Shown in pieces: positions 26,606 through 64,000 of a stretch of DNA of 64,000 nucleotides. The number at the start of each line of letters is the position of its first letter. The first letter of the stretch is position 1. Source of the stretch: Amoebidium appalachense (taxonomy: Eukaryota; Protista; Ichthyosporea); contig CAVNZM010000004.1 in NCBI GenBank assembly GCA_963693365.1, positions 7,725,093 through 7,789,092 on the forward strand, in the 5' to 3' direction. The position numbers were made by a program, and so were the translations under genes. A model generated the notes under the pieces. That model saw only the letters and a program-made list of their open reading frames with translations, did not search any database and was not told the origin of the DNA.

Positions 26606-27809
26606 CTACCAAATTCCAGGGGCCAGCCTCCACGTGACCCTTCTAGCATAATCTTCGTAGCCATGCAGCTCGGCCCTGAGCGTAGCATCCTCGAATAAGG
26701 TGCGCAGGGCAAGCAGTCCGCATATAAGAACCACGGGGAACATGCTGGAAGGGGCTCGAAGGAGTCCGGGTTGGGCCAGGATGTGCAGGAGGAACCCGCT
26801 GTAGGCTGGATGGCGCACATACTGGAGAGGAGTGTCTATTGTTAGAATGCGGGCGCTAAAATTAGGGTTTTTGCGGACTGCATGCCATGTGAATTATCCT
26901 AGTAGTGTACAACAGTGGGAACCGGGGGATGTCATATTGTTAAACCATGGGGGTTGAACGAATGGGAAAAGAAAAAAAAAAAAAATTTGCAAACGACGCC
27001 AGCACAAGTTAAGGTGGAATACAGGATGTTCTGTGAGCCCACACAGTGATTGGATCAAAGTGATCTCTTATAAATTAGTTGGCACTACACGTATGCTAAA
27101 GGGGGACTGGGAGAGGGGGGGGGAGGGGGGGGGGGATCAGGTCGAGTGGTGGTAGATTCATGATTCAATCCATGTTGAAAACGAATGAAGTTTTTTACCA
27201 GTGTGGGGAGGCGGGGCAGGGTTTATTTAACCCACTCGTAAAAAAATGGTTGCAGTCGTTTTTTCATTAAGTTTCTTTGCCTTAATTTCTCCGAAATCGA
27301 AATCGTTCTCCCCTCCCCCCCCCCCCCCCCCCCCCCCCGGTTTGCCGGCAGGGATGGTGGTTCGTGGTAGAGGGCCACAGAGGGTTGGGGGTGCGTGAGT
27401 GTGGTTGTGTGCACATTCGTGGGCATGTGTTTCGGTGGGCGATGTGAGGAGAAAGGGTGTGTTTTTTTTTTTTTTTGGGGGGGGGGGGGGGGATAAGGTA
27501 GACATGTTCTAAGCCCACATACCTGATACGGGCCGGATGTGATGACGTGGTGTCCACGGTCCTCCTGAATCCTCACGTGGGAGCTAAAAAAAGGATTGGA
27601 GAGCTTGGCCCACAAGGCAATTGCCCAACCCATTGCACACATCAACAGGCCCATGACTTGCATGGTCACGGCAAGGTGGTTCTGGTGGGGGTGGATGGGT
27701 TGGTCTGTACCGGCAATGAAGTAGAGCAGGGTGGGTAGGATGATGAGTAGAAGCACCACCACCTGTGTGTCACGTGTGTTAGGTTGGGGTAAGGGGGAAA
27801 AAAAAAGGT

Positions 27810-27841
<32 letters not shown>

Positions 27842-28477
27842 GAGGGGGGTGGGGGGGGAAGAGAGAAAGAGAGAGTGTGGGGGGGTTGGGGGAGAGAGGG
27901 AAGGGGAGGGGGTAGAGAGGGGAGGAAAAAGAGGAGAGGGAGAGAAAGGATTGAAGGACGGAGGAGAGGATGTGCCTGGGATGGGGAGGGAGGCGGGGGG
28001 TAAGGTTGAAGAGGGAGAGGGGATGGGGGGTGACGATGGTGGTAAAAAAGGGTGAGGAGGTGAAGGATAAATGGAGATGTGGGGCGGCAAAAGTGGAAGG
28101 AGAGGGAAAAGGAGGGGAGGGGGAAAAGGGGAGGGGGGAGCAGGACGCAGGGCTATGGAAGGGGGGGGGGGGGGGGGGGGGAGGAAGAAAAATTCAGCAA
28201 AGGCACAGGGACGTAGGGGGGAGGTGGGTGTGGCAGAAGTGAGAGGGTGTTTTCCGTTTTCTTCTATACCGTTGTCTTTTTGGGTGGGTACCACAGGGAA
28301 ACGGGATTGTGACGGAAGAGCCCGGGAGAGAGAGAGTCGAGGTGAGGAGGAGTTGGAGGGGGAGGGGGGGGGGGGGAGGGGGAGGGGGAGAAAAAACGGA
28401 AACCTACAGCAAGACCCAAGAGGAATAAGGATGTCAGAGGAATTAGAAGAAAAGTATTGGGCGGGCGGCGGCGGCGG

Positions 28478-28517
<40 letters not shown>

Positions 28518-29563
28518 GAACTAAAGGAGAAGGTATTTGGGGTGAGGGCGGGAGAGGGGGGAAGGAGACGGGGCGGAACCTTTCGAGGGGGTGGTGGCGG
28601 CTGGGGGGGGGGGGGGGGGGAGGTTGGGATTGGATAATTTCTAAGAGATTCGTACCCTGTCCCAGGGCTTTGTAGTGGGGTGGGTGAATGCGTCGATTCT
28701 CTCTCTCAGCAGGTCAGGGCGGTGCATCAGTTCCATTCCCTCCAACAGGCTGTAGCCAAGCAGACTGGCCGTAAGACCCAACCAACCAGTAGTGCCATGG
28801 ATGGTTCCTAGTGCGAATGGGGGGGTAGGGGAGGTGAATAGAACGTGTTACTGGCATAATATATGTACACATGCAAGACGGACAACCCAATGCAAATAGC
28901 GAAGCACGCTTTGCAGAATATGCGTTATCAACAGAGCCCATTTTCGAGGAAGAGGAGGAGGAGGGGGAGGTGGGGGGGGGAGCAAGGAGGGGGCGGGCAT
29001 CATATCCACGCGTGGCTGCGAAGGGTAAAGTGGGAGAGGGGGCGGCGGCAGGCGGGGGGAGGAGGGGAGGGGAGGAGGGGGCGGAGGAAGGGATTCAACG
29101 AAAGCAAGGAGAAGGGGACACATCAAGGGGGGGTTGTTGTATATGGGAAGATGTACACTTAGGTAGGTGTGGAAGTCAACTGGCACTGGACGGAGAACCG
29201 GGCCAAAAAGGAGTGTGTGTGGGGTGAGGAGGATGGGGAAGAGGGGGGAGGGGGGATGGGTGGGATGGGGGGCGTGCAAAGACAGAGGAGAGCCTGTACA
29301 GACTCATGAATCAGAATACGAAAACTATCTCCGAAGGTGCAAACAATAAACCAGATATAACACTATCCTTTCTCATGGCATTGTGGCCTTATCGGATTAG
29401 CCATTTTTGGCTGTACCTCCTGCCACACCCCACCTCCCTCCCCTCCCTCTCTTACTTCACGCTTCCTCTCTCTCTATCTATCTCTCTCTCTCTCTCTCTC
29501 CCCCCCCTCCACCCCCCCTCCCTTCGTCCTCTCTCTCTCTCCCTCTCTCTCTCTCCCCCCCCC

Positions 29564-29596
<33 letters not shown>

Positions 29597-30096
29597 TTCC
29601 TCCCCCCGCCCCACCCCTTCTCCCCACAAAAACAAAAACAAAGAAGACAAGGAAAGTGGAGATAAAGATGACAAAAGGGAAGGGAAGAACAAAAAGGCAA
29701 GAGAAAAATAAGAGAAAAGAGTGATAAACTGGAAAAGTGATTTCCGACCCCCCCCCCCCCCCCCCTCCCCCCCCCCTCTTCCCCCCCCCCCCCCCCCCCC
29801 CCCACCTCACCTCCCGCCAGAGTTTATACACACACATAAACACACACACCTGCCCCCACGAAGAATGCAGTAGCGTAGAGTGAATGAAGCATCAGTAGAC
29901 CTCCAGCCATCATCAATCCCAGTCTCAGTTTCTCTGCCCCCTCAATCACCCCCAGGCCCACGTTGATGTCTTTCCCCTCCACCGGCCCAGCCCCAGCGTC
30001 AGCAACGACGTCTTCCTCCTCCCCATGTAGAGGGTTGAGATCTAGAGACTCCTTGGTGGCGGTGGTGGCGGTGGGGGGATGACGGCGGGTGGCCAT
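26606..30096 (-). CDS. Isoprenylcysteine carboxyl methyltransferase / PEMT-family membrane methyltransferase, 4 exons
   Basis: Exons 30096-29850, 28807-28656, 27762-27523, 26821-26606 splice in frame: PDLLRER...KPWDR, NPFFSSHVRIQEDRGHHVITSGPYQYVRHPAYSG, EDATLRAELHGYEDYARRVTWRLAPGIW. Confidence 0.88.
28835..28950 (-). mobile_element. Degenerate Penelope-like 3' repeat ending just before an ICMT-gene acceptor
   Basis: Minus strand ATGGGCTCTGTTGATAACGCATATTCTG...GTCCGTCTTGCATGTGTAC...AGTAACACGTTCTATTCACC; the next exon starts at 28807. Confidence 0.6.
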
Positions 30097-30354
30097 GATG
30101 ATGGTGGTTGTAGGTGTGGTACAGATGTGTCACAGTCGGTGGGTGCACGTCACAGGCTGCGGAGGGATGGTGATGGATATCATGATGCCTGAATGAATCT
30201 CGGTGCTTTTTTTTTAATTGTATTATCTTAAGTTTTTTAAATTGTTTTTTTTTTTTTTTTTTTGGCGCAGGGGGGATTGGGTGGGTGGGTGGGTGGTGGT
30301 GATGGTGGTGGGGGGGGGTGGGGGGGGGGGGGGGGGAGGGGGATTCTAACTTTT

Positions 30355-30411
<57 letters not shown>

Positions 30412-30506
30412 TTCCGATGAAATATTGACTATAATTTTACGACGTCTTGGCCTACTCCACCGTCTTCAAGGGGGCACCGACTACGCAAGCGAGTGTTGCT
30501 ATATCA

Positions 30507-30549
<43 letters not shown>

Positions 30550-32356
30550 CCCCCCCCTCCCCCCCCCCCCCCCCCCAATAAAAAAAAAAAAAGAAAAAAG
30601 AAAAAGAAAAGAAAAAAGAAAAAAGGAAAAGAAAAAACCATCTCAAACCGGACTTTCCTTTTTCCTTATTATTTATATTTCTAATTAATCTTTCTTCTTC
30701 TCTTTTAATTTTCGTTTCTTTCTTTGTGTTGGCGACGGAGGTAAAATGAGATATGCACGATACATGAAATGGTATGATAATAGGTAAAACCCAATTGGAA
30801 CGAACTCAATGAACTAAGAAGACCAGAAAGGGTCTTCGATAGTTACCAAAAGTAAGGGGCCGGGAAATGTAAGAAAACTTCGGACGGTCAACTTTAACCA
30901 ATCCAAAAAACGGCAGTATCTGCACTGCCAGTTCATACGTTGTGTCCCCAAAAGAATCTTCCATCCATAGTCTGACGTAGGCCTAATTTATTTGTTTTGC
31001 TTGTGGAAAAGAGCAAGTGCCACTCACTCAAGTGCACAGCCTGTATATATGAACTTAGTGGGAGACTTTTTCGGACTTTCGGAACCAGACTTACACTAAC
31101 CTTCAGACGTGCCGGATGCGGTGTAGAAACTTTTCAAGAGTCACTCTTGGAACCTTACTCAACAAACTCAATTTTTGTATCAGAAATGAAATACGCCTGG
31201 TGTGTGCACATGTGTTCCGACTTGCAAGAGCCAGAAATTGCAGAGGATGTAGTGAGTGAAGTTGCCTGTACCTGCTACCCTCCCCTAAGCTTGTTCTTGC
31301 AGATTGTTTTGCTGACGGTCTGTTTACTGTAAGCTTATGTCACATAAAAATAGACTTCCGCATGCTGCTTTAGATCTTTGCTTCTGGTGTTCTAATTTGA
31401 GCTTCACAGGCCTATCATGTGCTTGTTTTGGTTTTCACATTCGGTTGCCTTTTGTACGCACTGAGTCCTCGCTGCCGGCCGTCCCCAATACGTTCCATCA
31501 GGCGGCGTGCGTGGGTGCGTGTGTTTCTGTGTGTGTTGTGTGTGCGTTTACACGTGTACATGCACATTAACTTGTCACATACACATATTTGCACATGATA
31601 ATGGCAGCAACCTGCAGCTAAAGACACAAGATGTACATGGCCAGTGCATATGGCCTGATCTGTGCCACGACGTCGACAGTGAACCGTTCGTATACGCACA
31701 TTCACAGGCCTGCGGAGTAGCGTGTGTGCACGTGGCTTACACCAGGTCTGAGAGGCATGCATGCAGTCAAATTCAGCCCCACGCGTCTGCACAGGCAACT
31801 AATTTTTGGCGTGCGTGTGTATCCGATCGAGGTGTTTTGGGGGTTCCTGTCAATTCACACTGAATTTCACACCAGTCAAAAGAAAAAGAATTTCACAGTC
31901 CGCTTACACTCGCGGAGCCACGGCCCACGTGCACAGTGACAAGGTCCAACCGTTCACGGCGACTCATGTCACGCAGGAATGTTAAATGAAAACAAGGAAT
32001 ATGTTCCGATTGGATAACAGCCAAAGATTCCTATTGGCTCAAAAACAGAATAGCCATATATGGGTAAAAATTCCAAAAAGCTGACATTGACTGCCAACTG
32101 AGCATCGGTTGCAGCCGCTGAGCCTTTTGCTTTTTCTGCTTTTCTGCTTTTTTGAGTTTTTCAGGGAACGTTTTTAACGGCGAGCAATACTACAAAAAAA
32201 AAAAAAGGATACATAGTTGTGTGACAGTTGTCATTCTTTGGTGACTTTTTGTCGAAGGGGTCACACCTCAATACCACTTCACGCATAACAAGAAACTAAT
32301 CAGGGTTAGTGCACCTTTAAAAACCACTCTCCAGCCGAGTACACCTGTAGGCACAC

Positions 32357-39084
<6,728 letters not shown>

Positions 39085-39706
39085 AATTAATATATGTAAA
39101 AAATGTAACAGTATCTAAAAGATAGAAAAGAGCAGGGGGGCAGGGGGGGGGGGGGGGGGGGGGGAGGGGGGGGGGGAGGGGTTGGAGGGGAGGAGAAGGG
39201 GAAGGAGTGGTCGGGGGGAGGGGGGGAGGAGTGGCCGGCGGGAGGGGGAGAGTGGTGGGGGGGGAGGGTGGCGCTGGAATCTTTTGCAATTGAAGTTATG
39301 ATAATGAAAGATGAATGAAGGTTGCGCATGCCATTGTCAGCGACAAGCAAACTTAACATAATGTTGTATTCTGATGCGTTTTTCATTATTTTTATTTTCC
39401 CGGGCCCCTTCTTCCCTTGTGTGTGTATGGGATTCAGGAATTTACAGTAAGATTCAGAACTCGAGAAGCCAATTGAGATGAACAAATCGATGAGCAGATC
39501 TAGTGCTCAGGAGATTCTGGAGTGTAAGGAACAACGGGTATTTATAATTATAACTGTCCTTTTGAGGCAAGAATAAACAACAATTTACTACAGTTACAGT
39601 CATCCAGATGTAATATGGGTGGTTCTCAGGCCTAGGGCATGGCCATCTTGAACACAATATCTGCCTAGGGACAGCTGGGGGTGGTGGTGCTGGTGGTGGT
39701 GGTGGT

Positions 39707-39742
<36 letters not shown>

Positions 39743-40549
39743 GGGGGGAGGGGAGGGGGGGGGGGGGGAGGAGGAGGGAGGGGGGGGGGGGGAGGAGGGA
39801 GGGGGGGGGGGGGGGGGTTACCGACAAGTACTTTTTTTTGTCAACCTCTATTTTTGTCAACATCTTGGGTTATGTACCCTGTGCCTCATGCTCATGACCT
39901 TGGTCACCGTGCCCAAGCTTAAGGCGGGAGCCTTGAAGGAAACACTTATTCTTGAAACCATGAATTGCGCATGCAGCCGACGGTTCTTTTCATGTTTCGT
40001 TTGCTTCGGGAATTACTTGTTCATAATAAATTAATATTAGTTGTGTATACGTGGCAAGCTGGCAAGCTCTAGCCTAATTATGCGGCCTGACTACATATAT
40101 ATAGCCACGGTGCGCATGCACATGCACATATAATAAAATATGCAGTACGCAAATGTTTCTTCGTGCTTATAAGCTCAGGGGCCCGGGCACATGACTGTAA
40201 GGCGCTACGTGCCGGTGGCACAACCCATGCATGCCTGTGCGTGTTGTGCAAGCTTCAAGTTTGGTTGGCCGGGTGCTAGGCTGCTTTGTTTACGATTAAC
40301 ACAAATTTTGGCGCGCTTTCCTCTACTAGCCAATCAGCGCTGTCCGCATGACCAAATGTAAAGTTCGAACGTCCCGAACACTCCCAGGGGACTCACCTGT
40401 GTGTGTGTGCACAAGTAATTATCATTATAAGTAGGCGAGGAAAGAGGAGGTGGAGTGTGCTTGTTTGTGTTTGCCGTTCACAGACGCGTGAGGGTCTTCG
40501 AGGGTAGTGCAAGGCAGCAATAATAGAAGGGTTGAGCCACTTCGACACA

Positions 40550-49395
<8,846 letters not shown>

Positions 49396-49558
49396 GGGCG
49401 AGCACCGTGTGTGCAGCATCCTTGGGCTGTGACCTGAACACAAGCGTAGGAATATGGCAGATGATCAAAAGTGCTAAAATGCCTTAGTGCTATAATAGTT
49501 TTGGAGCTGCAAAATGAATGAGGGAGGAAGCGGGAAGGGGGGTGGGTGGGTGGGGGGA

Positions 49559-49607
<49 letters not shown>

Positions 49608-50298
49608 GGCTGCAGGCTTGAAATTGTTTTAGCCTGTGTGGAGGTGGTGGGCAGATCTAGAAAGAGTTGTCGTCTTCCTTCTCTACCCATTTTTTGCATA
49701 CTAAAGGGAGGTCGGGGGGATGGGGGGTGGGGGGGGGGGGGATAGGAAGGGAGGGGTATAACTGTATTATTACCGGCCTGCGTAATGGGCCCAACAATGT
49801 CGCAGCCTGTTTAACAGACTAATAATTCTCCTGTATACAAAACAGTTTAAAGGATAGGTGCTCGGGGGGTTGTATGCTGGCTCGGCCAAGGGGTACACAA
49901 CATGCAACAGAATTATGTGAAAGGCATACGTGACGTTTGGACCAGTTAGGTTTTCAATAAATGTGTACACACGTGCGCAACGGGCCGGCTTCCGTGCGCG
50001 TGTCAAGAAATCTATGAGCAAAAACAACACTTGGAAGTTAGGCGTGACGTGTATATACCTACGTCGGTCAAATACTTGAGCTGTCTAATAGTCGAGACCG
50101 TGGCTGTGTAGGTGCATCTTAGTTAAAGTACATATTGCATGAGAAAATTGCCATGATGGCACGTGTTCCGGTGAATAGTATTATTTGCATCTGGATGCGC
50201 ATCCGGTACAAGGGGGCCTGCTTGTGTGTCGTGTGTGGTGTGTGCGTGTGTGCGTGTGTGTGTGTGTGTGTGTGCGTGCGCACGTGTGCGTGTGTGAC

Positions 50299-50331
<33 letters not shown>

Positions 50332-50339
50332 CGTGTGTA

Positions 50340-50385
<46 letters not shown>

Positions 50386-50765
50386 TAAAACCTGAGGCAT
50401 GTACAAATTCCGATGTATTATCAGTGACGCTGTGCACACATGGGTGACCCACTAATCATTCCAATGTTTGCAATCGTTGAAGCAAATCATCGCTGCACTC
50501 AGTTCAAATCAGCGTTCCTCACGGATGCATATGGATACCAACACGTGAGCACTCTGTCATACTTCTAGCGAAGAGACCCTGGCTCTGTACAGTTGACAAC
50601 ATACCAAGACCTCCTATATACTGACAGATGGGAGGCCCGGCGCTACAATATACGCACTGTTAGCTCACACAGTTATATTTTGCTGTGCATGACCGTTGCT
50701 GGCATCAGAGGCTAGCCAAGCATAGAGGTTTCCGATTGGTTCATTTGAATCTGGAGCCATTTTCT

Positions 50766-51444
50766 ACAATGCACTAGCGGTCCGGTCGGACCGTCGGACC
50801 GCGGTCCGAGATGTCGGTCCGGATTGAACCGTCACAGCCCCTGTCGGACCGGTCCATATACATGTTTGTGTATCTCTTTCATATCTGAAGTGGCTTTGTC
50901 TGTCTGTCGATGGTCTTGTGTGGTAAACTTTGTGACTAGAGGTTGACACGATATAGGGCGCAAGTGCAAAGCAATTTTCGTCGGCGTGACCATATGTTAT
51001 GATACCAGCCCCATGCTATCACGCATGATTTGCACAAACATTCATAGACAATGGACATAACTAAAGAATATATCACCCATTTTATCAAAAGATTTTAGAT
51101 AAGCAAATGACAATTGCTTGCATTTATAACACATACAAATATTCGCCTGTGTGTGACCGTCCGTTGTATCCTGCGCACACACATCAGTACATACACACAC
51201 ACAGCGTTAACGCACACATACACAACATATACACACAAGTTCATATTGCCTTCCAAGGCAATTTACTAATATTAGCCATTTTCGACATGTTCACGTGTTT
51301 TGCGCATCATATACCTGATATCATGACTTGCCATGGCCACGTGATTGCGCAATCCGTACAGTTCAGACCGAACCGGACCAAACCACGGTTCAAGAGGGTC
51401 GGACCAAACCGGACCGGACCGGAAGGGGGTGTCTAATGCATTGT
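50766..51444. mobile_element. Non-autonomous DNA transposon (MITE) with TIRs, subterminal GGACC repeats and 6-bp TSD
   Basis: Left end ACAATGCACTAG-CGGTCCGGTC; right end reverse complement ACAATGCATTAG-acacccccttc-CGGTCCGGTC; TTTTCT on both flanks (50760-50765, 51445-51450); clustered GGACCG/CGGTCC motifs near both ends; no coding capacity. Confidence 0.8.
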
Positions 51445-52194
51445 TTTTCTATCTGTTCCTATTGGTTCAAGTAAGGTACCTTCTCCATGAACCGTTTTCG
51501 CACCCGATCTATGCAATATTTCAGTTCCCAATAGAGATAAACGGGTACTTTTTTTTTGTCGGAGTTAGAATATAATGTAAATCATCAGTTAATAATAAAT
51601 AAATAAAAAAGTGCTTTCGCTTTAATTTACTAGCAAAAACATGAAAAGCAAATGCTGTCAAGATCTTACCCATTAACCGAAGTCCGAACACCTCGATCTT
51701 TACAGCTATTGGTTGCATATCATATGTTTACCGTAGCCGGTTTGTGAATGATGGCTTTGACCTGGACCAGCCGTCGGCAGGATGTGATCACAGTGTCGAC
51801 CGATACTCATATTTATCACCTTCATCTAGAAAAAAATTGGCAATTTAAATAACTTATTACTTCAAATGTACTAAAAGGTTTCTGATGAAGTAGAACATTT
51901 TGGAAGACTTTTTCCATGTGCTCCACTCGGGCACGCATAGAATGTACACGAACGGAAATCCAAAATCTCGATGTCGACATTAGGGAACCAATCGAAATCA
52001 GTTTATGTACTTACTTATCTTACGTGGATCTGACGGCAGCCAATGAAATCATCAGATCTGGTGTTCGGTAGTGGATGTTCGGTGTTGCCAACTTGCTGGT
52101 ATACTTGCCGGCGCCCGGGCACTTTTTTGACCACATCAGCAACAACTTGCAAAAAACAGAACCACACACCTGTGACGGTTTGCAAACACACAAA

Positions 52195-56492
<4,298 letters not shown>

Positions 56493-57526
56493 CCTTGAGT
56501 GCAGCCACCGTTGATTGCACAGTTGGATTGCAAGAAACACAGCCCCGTTTGGCATCCGTTCGTTATTACAGCTCGTACAGAATGAATACTTACTGGCTGG
56601 CCCAGTTGCGTGCTTCATTTAATATGGAAATATGATAATGCGAAACAACAAATAAATCATAGCAAGAACATTGTAAAGGAAAATAAAAAGATCCAGGCAC
56701 TTTTTCAACCGCTCACTGGCATAGTGCGTTAACGAGGCAAAGGGAGGCGAGTTCCTATATTAGAGCCTGCACACTATAGGCTGTGAAGGCAAATACTTGA
56801 AGGTAAGTGAAATGGACTCCCGTCTAGATGTAGATCGTGAGCTTGAAAACGAGACTGGATTTGGGGAGCGGGGCAGGGGAAGCCTGAGGGGGGGGGCTGG
56901 AAAGGGAACCTCGAGCAGTTGCCCGGAGCCGGCATGCCTGTGTGCTCATATGTATATCATGCAAGGCTCAAGAATTATGTCGTTCTGTGTTAAGAGTTGT
57001 GGGTACCATATGTATATAGGCTAGCCAGTATGTACATAGTAGTTTATAGATGTGTGTGTATGTAGCCCATTTCAAGTGCTGGCCAAACTCACGTGTTTAG
57101 CTAACGTTGACGTGCACGTGGAGTCCCAGATAAACCGCTGGAGTAGGGCAAAACGCAGTGCTATGACATTAATTGGCTCGTGTCGGGAGATGCAAAAAGA
57201 CTAACCCTGACGAATAATTATGTGTAAGATTAAATATTTGTATATACTATGAAACATAAACTCAGAAGAGAAACAATTCAGGATTTATCAAAGTATATCA
57301 CTTTGTTTTCATTGTAATTTATTCTGCTCTAAAAGCCTCTGGTCGGAAAGTACAAATAAATTTACCGCGCTCAGCTATTTGCTCAAGCAACGTTTTGATT
57401 GGCTTCATGCGAACCACTTGGCGCCAACGAGGGTATAAAAAACCCATGCCACCAAGTCCCCAGAGGCACACACGTGCCCACCCCTCCCGAACTCCCCTTT
57501 CTGTCTTCTCTCTTCTTTCTTAGAAA

Positions 57527-63999
<6,473 letters not shown>

Positions 64000-64000
64000 A

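Noticed and set aside
30997-31939. Short ORFs between the divergent ICMT-like and NUDT genes
   Set aside because: No homology or coding bias seen; treated as intergenic.
51875-51905. Isolated CTGATGA (also near 7008)
   Set aside because: No partner GAAA or supporting helices found.

Overview
Eukaryotic, intron-rich genomic DNA. Introns are packed with poly-C/poly-G runs and (CA)n/(GT)n/(CT)n microsatellites; the gene set suggests a unicellular opisthokont, possibly a holozoan (inference only). Almost all ORF-track entries are repeat artefacts. Splicing by hand gives: an intronless LIM protein, S6 kinase (- strand, 12 exons, one GC-AG intron), mitochondrial HINT2-like protein, mitochondrial cyclophilin, a bacterial-like ICMT/PEMT-family methyltransferase (- strand), a NudC/NUDT13-like Nudix hydrolase, a nucleoplasmin-like acidic chaperone, a small multi-pass membrane protein, and IMPDH (runs off the window). 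The main hidden signal is a dispersed intronic repeat family derived from the 3' end of a Penelope-like retroelement (decayed GIY-YIG ORF at about 36.5-36.9 kb). Three copies carry a ~155-170 nt covarying RNA structure holding all hammerhead core nucleotides (CUGAGGA, GAAAC, GUU) in a rearranged, non-circularly permuted, pseudoknotted order. Every recognisable copy is sense to its host gene, and some tails supply the apparent intron branch point. A TIR/TSD-bounded MITE lies at 50766-51444.
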